Source: Sarea resinae
Lineage: Eukaryota
Assembly (NCBI GenBank): GCA_026026165.1
Contig: JAPEUD010000106.1
Span: forward strand, 1 to 61,190
Direction: 5' to 3'
DNA: 61,190 bases
This document shows positions 12,013 to 23,204 of this stretch, piece after piece. Both the position numbers and the translations under genes were made by a program. The notes beneath the pieces are model-generated. The model ran no database searches. It had not been told where the DNA came from and saw nothing but the letters and a program-made list of their open reading frames with translations. How positions within the stretch are numbered: the first letter of the stretch is position 1; each line of letters opens with the position of its first letter.

Positions 12013-13881
12013 CTAACCCAGGGCGCGCATTGTCATCTCGACACTATCACAGAGACAACGTCAGCCACCATCAGCAAAAGCAAGCCCGAAAATTCAGATC
12101 GACCCCGTTCAACAAACAATAAACTCACACGACAAACGTGCCCGCGGACACAGGCATGGCTCTCAACAGCGTCGGCCCGATGCCCTTCCAGAAACCCCTT
12201 GCGCCTTCGCCGCGCCACGTCTGCCAGAAGCAGTCCACCGCGCTCTTGTACCGCTGCTTGCCCTCGCCGAAACCATCGCTTTGCAGCTTCGACTTGAGCA
12301 CGTCGAAGGGGTAGGAGGCGATCCAGAGGGCCTCGCCCGCCAGCCCGCCGTAGAAAGCCACCAGGTAGGTCGGAATGGACGCGCGGGTGACTACGGACTC
12401 GGCAGACTTGTGGGCGGCGAAGAGATCGGCCGGGTCGTCGCGAGCCGAGGAAGACGAGGGGAGGTACTCTGCGATGCCGGTGGCGGACTCGACGTGCGCC
12501 TTGCGTCGGCGGGCCAGCGTCTCGTTCATGAGCCACTCGAAAGTCAGGAACCAGAAGCCGTAGGCCTGGGCCTCGCGCAGCGTGGTCACGCCCACTCCTC
12601 GGTAGACGCCGCGGCCGAAGCCGGCGTGCGCTGTGAGCTTGCGGATGCAGTCCAGGGGGCCCGCGTAGAGGCGTTTTGCAGGGTCGTGCGGCTGCGTCTG
12701 CAGTCGGATGCGGATGTGCTCGATGGGCGAGGAGAGAAAGGTGTTGGCGACACCGGCGAAGGCTCCAGAGAGGTAGTATTGCGTGTAAGAGAGCGTGGGG
12801 CTGCTGTTGTTCTTTGTGTTTTGTGTCGAGAAGGCTCGGCGGGCGTAGTGAAAGGCGCCGAATTGGACAGAGACCTGTTCACCGTTAATGGGGTTGACGA
12901 AGCGGGATATGACGGGTGTTGGTTCGAGGGTATCTCGTGCATGTTGACAAGGAAATGAGGGGGACTTTGTTGGGTTTCTTTTTTTACTCAAAAACAGTAC
13001 GTGAAATGAGAAAAGCCAAACCACTTACGCAAGCCCCAATTCCTATCAATGGAGTCAAGGTGCCCTAAAAGTTACTCGCACCGTCTCGTCAGCTTCATGT
13101 CTCCTTTTCTCGATATCATGAACAACCTTTCAGTGATATATTGCTGGAATCATACCTTGTAAAAAGCAGCAGCGCCCTCATTCTTCCAAATCTTGGCCGC
13201 GCAATCAGCCGCATTAGCATACTCGGTTGTCGTCTGCAGTCTGACTTTGACGATATCTACGTGACATGGTCAGTATCGGCCTTGAACCATCTAGAAAAAC
13301 AGATATTTTGTTGTCTAGGGAGGCTTACCGAACGGTTGTCCTGCGAGGTAAAAGTGTTAGTCGACAAATCTATAATCAAGGAGAAATACAACGAGGACCC
13401 CAAGGAGGCCTAGATAGTCGAAAACAGAGAAGTAAATCAGATACAGATCAGGAAGCTGATACGCTCCTGGTGCGGGAATCTCTTGACATCCCTCAATGGC
13501 ATGTTCAAGCCATACATAATCACCGTCCGATCAATTCTCGTCAGATGACCACCAGATACAGAATGAACTTTGGAGGACAGCCATTCTAATGAGAACGCTA
13601 TATGGTTTTACCTCGAAAACTCGACTCCGCTAAGAAAACGCACAAAAGCGAACAATCCCATGCCACCCAAAACTAGTAAAGAGGCAAATCCAAAAACGAG
13701 ACGCAGATGCTCAGTGCCTTGACTTCCCCGAGGAAGTCGCAGAAAGCAAGGAACAAACGAACAGGAGGACACACTTACCAATTAAGACCTGCGCTACACC
13801 CCCAGCGGCGCCAGAGAATAGATCTTTGAACGTGCGCGCGAGGCCGGATTCGAGCTGCTCCAGCTGCTCATCCTGGGCCAT
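12013..13881 (-). CDS. Mitochondrial carrier family (SLC25) protein, YMC1/carnitine-acylcarnitine-carrier-like, 6 exons
   Basis: Three carrier signatures: PFDIVKVRLQ, PIEHIRIRLQ and PFDVLKSKLQ. Exons 13881-13779, 13340-13329, 13256-13156, 13064-13029, 12874-12129 and 12043-12013 all join in frame with GT-AG boundaries. Confidence 0.93.
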
Positions 13882-14214
13882 GACAATGGGAGTCTTGCTG
13901 CTCTGATAGCTTGGATTGTAGCAAGGGGTCTGGCCAGAGGTCTGAACGAAAGGAGAGAGCAGATTACTGGTGGTGGAGAGGAGATTCAACGTCTATCAAT
14001 CTGAATATATTGCTTACTGCTGCTACAATCTATCGCCTTTCCCCAAAGCGCATGTAGTCCCGAGTTGCGCAATCGGCGCCGACTCTGGCGGGGCATTGCG
14101 TGTATTACATAAGCGAAGCTTGACCTCACGAGAGCTACGGATATCAACAAAGACACCGAGTAAAGGATGACCCTCTCGTGCCCATGCCTGCTTTGACTTG
14201 AGCGGCTGCCCATC

Positions 14215-16087
14215 ATGCTCATGAATCTGCTGCTTGCCAGCCTGCTGTGGCTGTTGATCTCAGTGCAGGAAGCGTCTACGGCTACAGCTGCTGCTGACCA
14301 TGGAGCTCAGCAACCCATCCTGAACGAAGGGCACCTGAACGATGGCCGGACAAAGAGAGTCGCGATAATTGGTAATGGCTCGCTGTAAACGGCACCAGTC
14401 CTCATCATACTGATGTCTCAATATAGGAGCTGGAGCTGGAGGAGCCTCGGCGGCTTACTATCTCAACAAATACGCAGCAGAAGCGGGCATAAGTCACAAC
14501 ATCACCGTGTTCGAGCGATCATCCTATATCGGCGGGCGTTCGACCACCGTCAACGTCTATGATAACCCGACCGAGCCCGTCGAGCTCGGCGCCTCCATCT
14601 TCGTCGACGTCAACAAGAACCTCGTCTCCGCGGCCAAGGAGTTCGGCCTTATAACCACTGATTTCTCCGATCACCCCATCCGAACCAAGCAAGCACCAGA
14701 TGAGCTCGGCGTCTGGAACGGCCATGAATTCGTCTTCACCCAAGCAGAGGGCAGCGACTGGTGGAACATCGCCAAACTGCTCTGGAAATATGGCCTCGCT
14801 CCCATCCGCACGCGCAACCTGATGAAGGCCACCGTAGGCAAATTCCTCAAGATGTACGAGGCGCCGTATTTCCCGTTCGCATCGCTGACGGAGGTGGCGG
14901 ATGAACTCGATCTGACGGCCGCGACGGGCATCAATGGCGAGCAGCTACTCGACGATAACGGGGTCACACACCCGTTTGCGCAGGACATCATCCAGGCCAG
15001 CACGCGGGTCAACTACGGGCAGAACCTGATGTTTATCCACGGGCTGGAGACGATGGTCTGCATGGCTGCTGAAGGGGCCAAGGCTATCAAGGGCGGGAAT
15101 TGGCAGATCTTCGACGGCATGCTCAAGGCTTCTGGTGCGAACGTAAGGCTGGATACCCCGGTGGACGCCGTCATTCGGAACACAGACGAGGGCACGTATA
15201 CCCTGCAGTACAGCACGACAGCGGGACGCAGCGAGAAAGAAGCAAAAGAAGAAGACGAAGAAGAAGAGACTTACGACACCGTGATCCTCGCCTCGCCGCT
15301 CCAATACACCAACCTCACCATCACTCCCCCCCTGGCCAACCCACCGCAACCCATCCCCTACGTCACTCTACATGTCACGCTGCTGACATCCCCGCACCGG
15401 CTCTCGCCCGCCTTCTTCAGTCTGCCATCGACCACGCCCGCGCCCTCGACCATCCTGACCACGCTGCCCTTTGACTACGACGCGATCTCGCCCGGCCACT
15501 CGGCCGTCGGGCCCGCCGGCTTCTGGTCGCTGTCGACGCTGCGCCAGGTCACGAACACGCACGTCACGCCGGCGCGCGAGGAATTCCTCTACAAGGTCTT
15601 CTCCCCGGAACCGCTCTCCACACAGTTCGTGGCGCAGGCGCTCGGCTTCGACCTCGACCGGCCAGCCAATGACGATGATGATGACACTGCAGACCACCTG
15701 GCCGTCGATGGCGAGCACATCAGCTGGCTGTACGAGAAAGTATGGAAGAGCTATCCACGCCTCTATCCACGCGTCGAGTTTGACGGCTTCGGCCTCGATG
15801 GCGAAGGCGAAACCCCAGCCGAAGCCGAAACCCCAGCCGAAGCCGAAACCCCAGTCGAAGCCGAAACCCCAGCCGAAGCCGAAACGGGCTTGTGGTATAC
15901 CAGCGCCATGGAAGCCTTCATCAGCACGATGGAGACATCCAGTCTGGCCGGCATGAACGTCGCCGGGCTTGTCTTCAAGGGGTGGGAGGAAAAGGAGAAG
16001 AAGGAGAATAATGGGCGTGACAAGGCTGGTGTTGATGCTGATACTGATACGGAAGATGCCCGAACCTCTGAAACCGGCGAGTTGTAG
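14215..16087 (+). CDS. Prenylcysteine oxidase/lyase (FAD-dependent) with signal peptide, 2 exons
   Basis: Signal peptide MLMNLLLASLLWLLISV. Rossmann motif RVAIIG/AGAGGASAAY spans intron 14372-14426. Family motifs VFER..IGGR, VELGASIFV, ASTRVNYGQ, GGNWQIF and FISTMETS. Confidence 0.92.
15810..15884 (+). repeat. In-frame 18-bp tandem repeat (GAAACCCCAGCCGAAGCC) x4, encoding (ETPAEA)n
   Basis: Visible directly inside the prenylcysteine oxidase CDS. One copy has a C>T change giving ETPVEA. Confidence 0.95.
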
Positions 16088-17357
16088 TGTCGACGAGTGA
16101 ATGAATGAATGAATGAATGAGCTGGATTCCTCTCCTCTTCTTTCGTTTTCTGGGACCAAAGGCGTTTTGTTTCGGTTTTGTTTGGCATTGCTTTGCATGT
16201 CTTGCTTTGCATTCGGTGTCAGGGGGCGACGGTGGCGAACCACCTACCTGCGAACTACCTACCTGCGTACGATACATACGTACGATACATACGTACGATA
16301 CATACGTACGCACGAGCGCAATGATGTTTTGAAATGGAGGGAAGGAGTTTTATTTTTTTTTCTTTTTCTTTTTGTAATGTGGTGATGGCTACCTATATAG
16401 GTATAATCTTATCTTATCTCACCTCCCTCCCTCCCTCCCTCCCTCCCTCAGCAAGTCAGTAAAACAAACCGAGCAAGACGAAAGAATATCTACTTATACA
16501 TCTCACATATTTCTCACACAAGGGCGTGTTTAGGTAGGCTTTAGCTTTAGCTTTGGGTTTGAATTTGGCTTGGGCTTTACTTTGACGTTGGGTTGCGTTC
16601 TCTACTACTGTTCCTGTCTCGACACTCTTTCAGGCCTTCATGACTTTTCTTACTGGACTTCTCGAATTTTTTATTTTTTTTTTCAGATTTGAAATGTCGG
16701 CGCTCTTCTAGTGCTAGTGCTAGTGCTGGGCAGCTAGTGATGATTGAACAATCAACATTGATGGTGATGATGATGACACCGATGATGACACCGACAATGA
16801 TGATGATGATGGTAGATCCCAACAAAGGAGAGAAGAAAAAGAAGATATCCGACACCGAGAAGAGAAAGTCGGGCTGGATGGATACTTGGATCTTGGATCT
16901 CGCCGCTGGTGCTGCCCTGATGCCCTGCTGCTGGAGCTAGTGCTGATGCCAGTGTTGCTGGCGACAACGAGCATGGATGGTGGTCGGATGGTTGATCGAT
17001 GGATGACTGATGGATGTGTGGATGGGTAGATGGATAGATACAAGGACAAAGGCAAGACGACGGTAATGGTGGTGGCAGTGGGAGGTTTCCTGATGTTGTT
17101 CGCAGGTAGGTATGTAGGTATGTCGATAGATAGGCAGATTGTCATCTCTGGTGGTGGGGGTGGTGGTGGTGTTCGTGTCATTTTCTGGGCTTCCTCCTCT
17201 TTAGTGTAGAGAGAGGCTTTCTAGGCCAGACTCTTTTTCAAAACTACTCGGGTTCTCTGCTCCCTTTCCCCCTCCCTCTCTTCCACTGTCTCTAGTTCTG
17301 ATTCTGATTCTGATTCTGGGCATCACTCCTCGTCCGACATTCAAGAAACGAACACAT

Positions 17358-19032
17358 CTATAGCATCGGCTTCAGGTCGGCGGCAACCTTGAAGGGGGCT
17401 TCGGTCTTGGCCTTGATCTCGTCGACGGTGACGCCGTCCGCAATCTCCGTGAGGGTGAGGCCATTGACGTGGTCGACGCTGAAGACACCCTATTCACATA
17501 ATACGTTAGCAAATCTGGCACAGGGTATATTGAAAAAGGCAAAAACATACCAGCTCCGTGATGATAAGCGAGACGCAGGCGCGACCCGTCAGCGGGAATT
17601 CGCAGCTCTTGAGGATCTTGGGGTTGCCCTTCTTGTCGGTGTGTTCCATGGTCACGACGACCTTGGTGTTCTCCGGGTTCGACACCAGGTCGACGGCGCC
17701 GCCGAATCCCTTTATCTTACCCGGCAGCATCCAGTTGGCCAGGTCGCCCTTGGCCGACACTTGCATGGCGCCCAGCACGGTCAGGTCCACGCGGCCGGCG
17801 CGGATCATGCCAAACGACTCCTCGGACCCGAAGACGGCCGCGCCCTTGCGCAACGTCACCGTCTCCTTGCCCGCGTTGATGATGTCTGGGTCCTCCTGGC
17901 CCTTCTTCGGGTACGGTCCCAGCCCCAGCACGCCGTTCTCCGACTGCAGCTGCACCTCGATCGAGGGGTCGACGTAATTGGGTGCCAGAATGGGCATGCC
18001 GATGCCGAGGTTGGCGTACATGCCGTTCTTGAACTCCTTGGCGGCTCGGCGCACGATGCGTTCGCGCTTGTTGGCCGTCTCGCCCGAGCCCAGGGCCGAC
18101 AGGTCGTCGCCATCTTCCTTGGCGAAGACGCGCTTCTCGATCAGCTTCTCCTCGGTCGCTTGGATGACCTTCTTGACGTAGATGCCCGGTAGGTGCACGG
18201 TGTTGGGGTCGATCTCGCCGGGCTCGACGATGTGCTCGGCTTCCACGATGGTGACCTTGGCGTTCCGGCCCATGGCGCCGTTGAAGTTGTTGGCCGTGGC
18301 GCGGAACACGCAATTGCCTAGCTTGTCCGCCTTCCAGGCCTTGATGAAAGCGTAGTCGCCCCGGACCGACTCCTCCATGACGTACATCTTGCCGTTGAAC
18401 ACCTTGACGTCTCTAGGCTCCGAGTAGGTCGCAACTGAGCCATCCGAGTTGTGCAGCAGTGGCACCTCACCGGTCTGCACGACGGTGCCGACGGCGGCAG
18501 GGGTGTAGAAAGCCGGAATGCCCGCACCGCCGGCTCGACACCGCTCCGCGAGGGTTCCCTGGGGCGACAGCTCCAACTCGATCTCGCCGGTCAGATACAT
18601 GCGCTCGAAGAGCTTGTTCTCGCCCACGTAGCTAGCGACCATCTTCTTGATTTGCTTGGTCGCGAGGAGCAATCCCAGACCGGCTCCTTCGATACCGGCG
18701 TTGTTGGACACGGCCGTCAGACCCGTGATGGAGGGCGTCTTCACCAGCTCCTTGATCAGCGTATCGGGCACGCCGCAGAGGCCGAAGCCGCCAGCCAATA
18801 GGGTACTGTTGGATTTCATGCCCTTGATGGCCTCGGCGGCCGAGGGAACCACCTTGTTGATCTCACATCGTCGGGCGCTGGATGCAAAGGTGCGGGCTAG
18901 AAGGGTAGTCTGCTCCAGTCTGGTCAGAATGATCTCCCTGCTGTGGTGGCCGGGCTCAGAAGTACTCGCCTTGGAGGTGCGGCCACAGAAGTGCCTTGCA
19001 GTGCGCAAGAAGAGAGTTCCCGAGGAAGCCAT
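17358..19032 (-). CDS. Mitochondrial succinyl-CoA:3-ketoacid CoA-transferase (SCOT/OXCT1-type, fused alpha/beta)
   Basis: Motifs [42 protein letters not shown], catalytic LQSENG and GGAVDLV. Intron 17550-17490 precedes the last exon GVFSVD...KPML*. A probable GC-AG intron lies at 18969-18910. Confidence 0.96.
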
Positions 19033-22000
19033 GATAGATGAACAAAGGAATTCTCGAGAAACGTGATGACGCTCTTCCGGAGAGCCCGTCTCGATCTCAA
19101 GAGTTGCGGTCGTCGAAAACAGGGATCAAGCACGAGAGCACAGGCAACAGACGAATGGGGCGACCAGGTCACGAAGATGAGGGAGATGATCTAGAATGCT
19201 GTTCGAGAGAGGGCGGACATGTCCTGCAGGATAGATAGATATATATATGAAGTTATAATATTCAACACTGCTGTGCAGAGTACTACGACTACTGTAGTAG
19301 CTCGCTCGTCCAGCTTGTTCCGACGATAGCCAGTAGCGACGACTGCAGATCCGCATCAATGTCTGAGCAGTGGTGCTCCGGAGCATGAGCTGCATCCCGT
19401 AAACCGGAGGCGGAAGGGAAGCCCAGTGAGGGAATCGTGTGGGGTAAGCTCCAGCTCCAGCTCAGGGATGGATGGATGAGGCCAAAGTTACACCGATTTG
19501 TGTGGGGTCGGGACAATGCTCGGCAGTAGAGAGAGGGCCACGGATGAAGTATCGTGTGCACCAGTGGAGGAGTGGAGGAGTGGAGGAGTGGTGCAGTGGT
19601 GCACCACAATTGCCGCCCTCGAGCAGAACTGGAGATGTCTCGGAGAGATTATTATCCATTCCATGCCATCGAACACCTCACCCGTGGACCCCGTCCTGCG
19701 ACACAGCAGCACCAGCACCAGCACCAGCACCAGCAGTACTGGATCCATTGCTGTACTACACACGTAGAAGTAGTAGCCACTACTGACTCTAACCTTCTCG
19801 CGCATCAGCAGCGATCGCCTGCCGAGGTCGATAATTATAGATTTAGGCCTCGGGCCAGACATACGGAGTACTTCATATAACAAAGGTGGCATCCAATCCC
19901 TTCTTCAGGCACGGCTTTTGCTCGCGCGTTAAATCTGCCGCGACCTACGAAGTACTCGGCAGTTGCTCGTTCGACAGCTGCGTATTCCATCTCCATTCCT
20001 ACTCCGAACGCATGCGTGAGACAGAAGGGAGAGACCAGGGCAAGCAGCACTCGCGATCGTCGCATCTCATGATCCTCACACTGCAGAAGCTTCCTCGGAT
20101 TGGGATAATGACCGTGCCCAGCCATCTATCCATACGCTTGACTTCTCGTACATGATGCTTCCTGTACCTTTCTCGACATGTCTGCCATCTCAACGCCGGG
20201 CTCCAATGCCGTACCGTATGTGCAGAACGCCGGAAATAAAGGTTGGTGCGGATATAAGATCACTACCAAACAATGACATGTCCGATCGAGTCCGAAAAAA
20301 CACCGGGCCGAGGTGGACGCCAGTGTTCATATCAGCAATGCCGGAGCAGATGCAATACTCGTAATGCATGGCACTGAGGGGTTTCCTGCTGTGCTGGAGA
20401 GCCAATATGCCACGGCAGAGCTACGGTGTTTAGAGATTCAAAAGGGTGCATGAAGAAGCATCGAGCGGAGAGGTCCCTGGGAGATCCTACGCCCTCATGA
20501 ATTGCTCCTGCCTGCTTTGTGGTTTCTTTCTGGTCCCCCGCGTCTTGACTGCGAATCTGACCCCTTTGAACACCGGTTCGAACATAATGAACTTCCTCCG
20601 ACGCTGCAACCGCTGTTATTGATTCAGCCAGTGCTATCTGAGCTGTCGCCAAGTCCTCAGCCCTTCTGCTGGCGATACGCCGGTCCTCTTCATCGTTTAC
20701 TCGAGCGACGCGACGATCCTCCTCAATCGTCTTGGACCTTACGGTATCGTGCTGAGGACGACCTTGCGAAACCCTTTGTGGCCAATGTTCGCCCCCTTTC
20801 GCAGGGTCCACTCGATGATGGTGTTCACGCAGCGAGGGACCAGATGTATTCAAGGTGCCAGGCTCGACTGAACCCAATCAACCGAAATCTTGGCAGACGG
20901 CGAGCTCCTGGGCTTCTGGAAACCTTCTGCCAGCCCCAGGCCTCTGCGTTCCTCGGCCATTATTCATTCCATCGCGCATGAAGCCTTGAGACAGCCACGT
21001 GATATTCTTTCGCAGTCGCGGTAATACCAATGCGCTCACCCTCAACTTGGCTTTCGATAGCGGGTCGACAGCTTCCTGAATGCATATGAGGTGTCTTTGG
21101 ACTTTGTCTAGCTCTCATGTATGGTCGTGAGGCCCGGGTTCCATAAGACGAGGCATCATCAGCGGCTGGAGGGTAAGACGGCTGGTGTTGAATGGGTCGT
21201 CACACATCCTGCCATCATCCATTGATCTTTCTGGCAGGCTATCATCCATCCATGGATCACAGAGCGATATCTCCTACGCTGTACTACTATGTACGTACAT
21301 CCACGGTACATCTTGAAGGTATTCGTCTTACTAAGGAACTGCGAGTACCTTCCTGTGTAGAATCATCGGTGTCTACGGATGTTGACTGATACGGTGAGGG
21401 CCGGAACGCACGTGCAGGCAAACACATGGATCACGTGGGGCCAATGCATTCCAAGGTCCTCGGGTGTACTGTGTACGGCGTACATGGATTAGTAATGGAA
21501 AGGCGGAGGTCCATAGTAGTAGGTGGTTGTTTCTACTCCGGAGTATTCCATTGGCATCCGTACTCAATTATACTTGCACACGTCCGTGTCAGATCACGGC
21601 ATGGATGCAGTGACGGCAGGCAGTAGAAGTACTACTATGTAACTGGGAAGGATTCCAGGCCCACGGGTTGTAACAGCAGCTGGAGCCCTGCAGTCCACGG
21701 GGTACTTCTACATGGGCATACCGCATACGTCACCGCGGGCCCGCAATGGGCAGATGGGCCCAGATGGCCAACACGAATTCTCGATCGCCGCAGAATCGCT
21801 ACTTCGTCCTTGCCATCCGTACCGGGTTGGTTGTCTCGCTTGGACCCGTCTCGGGACCCTGATCGGCATTATTCTCGAGCTGGTCTTTCCATCCGCTTTC
21901 TCTCGTCTTCCATTCCACGGGCGGTCAGGTCAGATCAGGCCTCGAGTCCTCGGAGAAGACAAGCTGGAAGAGCTGCCACCGTGTTTCAGGTGCGGTGCAC

Positions 22001-22386
22001 AGTGCAAATGACTTTTCCTTTTCGTGGCGGGGAAGGAAGGTGACGGTTCCAGATGGGGAGCCTGTAGAGAGAGGATGAGGACTCCACTGGCAGCTGCATC
22101 AGATGGAGCACAGTACCGAGTAGGACTCCATAGAACTTCGCAGGGAGTGGGGGAGTGGGCGATAGGGCGTTTGGAGGGGCAAGCCGGGTACTGTATCTGG
22201 CAGCATTGATCGGATTGCTTCGCTCTTCCATGAGAGGGAAAATGCGCGGTCTCCTCTGATAGATTGATAGATTGATATCTTAATATTGTCATGTCTGGTG
22301 GGACGACTTGGGTTCCGTCGTGGACTTTGGAGGACGGTGACTGCGCTGGAGCCCTGGGCCGAGGGATGCACGGCGACGCTAGACCG

Positions 22387-22499
22387 GATCGGGAGGTCCG
22401 ATCATCTCGATCTTCGCGTCCCCTCGCAAAATCGCAGAACAACGTTGTGATCGCGAATTCTCAGAAGCTTCACCTGGATCGATCCATCGATCGGAGATC
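22387..22499. promoter_or_regulatory. GATC cluster upstream of frq, candidate White Collar complex light-response element
   Basis: Eight GATC tetramers in 113 bp (22387, 22400, 22409, 22449, 22477, 22481, 22489, 22496), including GATCGA/TCGATC, ~700 bp upstream of the frq ATG. Function is inferred by analogy with Neurospora frq LREs. Confidence 0.5.
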
Positions 22500-22721
22500 T
22501 CTCCGTCCAATCCTGCCAAGCCAGAATGGCCATCCCACTCTTTCTACCCTTTCGGCGACAGTCCACCCACTGTCGCCCTTCCTCTTCGCCTTTTAATATC
22601 AATGATGATGAGACCGCGACCACGACCACGACCATAGCGTTCCTCCACGATCTCGATGAGCCCCAAGGTCGCCCATTGAAGTCGCCTGCCCGTGGCGGTC
22701 TCAACAGGCTCCCGGCCCTTC

Positions 22722-22782
22722 TTGACACCTTGACACCTTGACACCTTGACACCTTGACCTTGACACTTTGACACTTTGACAC
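22722..22782 (+). repeat. Tandem 8-mer repeat (TTGACACC/TTGACACT)n in the frq upstream region
   Basis: About 8 imperfect units visible directly. Confidence 0.9.
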
Positions 22783-23204
22783 TCTGCCATTTTCTCTGCT
22801 CTGTGATAACCCATCGCTCCTCTGAACGCTGCTTCCACACAAAAATCCGGTCATTATCCTGCGTGGCGCCACTCCGATCAGATCGACTGTCGAGATTCCA
22901 GACATGCGTTAATCATGTGCTCCTTGATGCCCACTACTTCTGATCCTCTCTTGACGTGAAATCCTACTTCTCCTCCTCGGCAACATCTTTGATCTGGATA
23001 AATCATAAACATCCCGCTTTCCCGCTTGGTCAGCAGCATTGCCATGATTGATTGACGCCTTTGGACTCTCTGCAAGGTCATATACGAAATTGAACAGGAT
23101 ATCATCACCACTGACGCTGGGGCATGGTTGCTCGTAGGTCACTGGGAAAAGCCAGTGGTGGACAATAGGGGATATACCGTCAAGAGACGACGTGGACCTC
23201 AGTC

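Noticed and set aside
11035..12016. ORFs such as THTHTH/LSLSLF and hydrophobic 'membrane' ORFs
   Set aside because: These are translations of microsatellites in 3' intergenic DNA.
13341..13778. Intronic snoRNA in carrier intron 1
   Set aside because: CTGA motifs exist on the sense strand, but I found no canonical RTGATGA C box or clear H/ACA layout. It is not called as a feature.
16560..17200. ORFs with poly-Met, poly-His or poly-Ile runs
   Set aside because: They derive from (GAT)n/(TGA)n repeats between convergent genes.
17389..19066. Long antisense and alternative-frame ORFs over SCOT (likewise over the carrier, prenylcysteine oxidase and RRP14)
   Set aside because: Shadow ORFs are expected from high GC3 codon bias.
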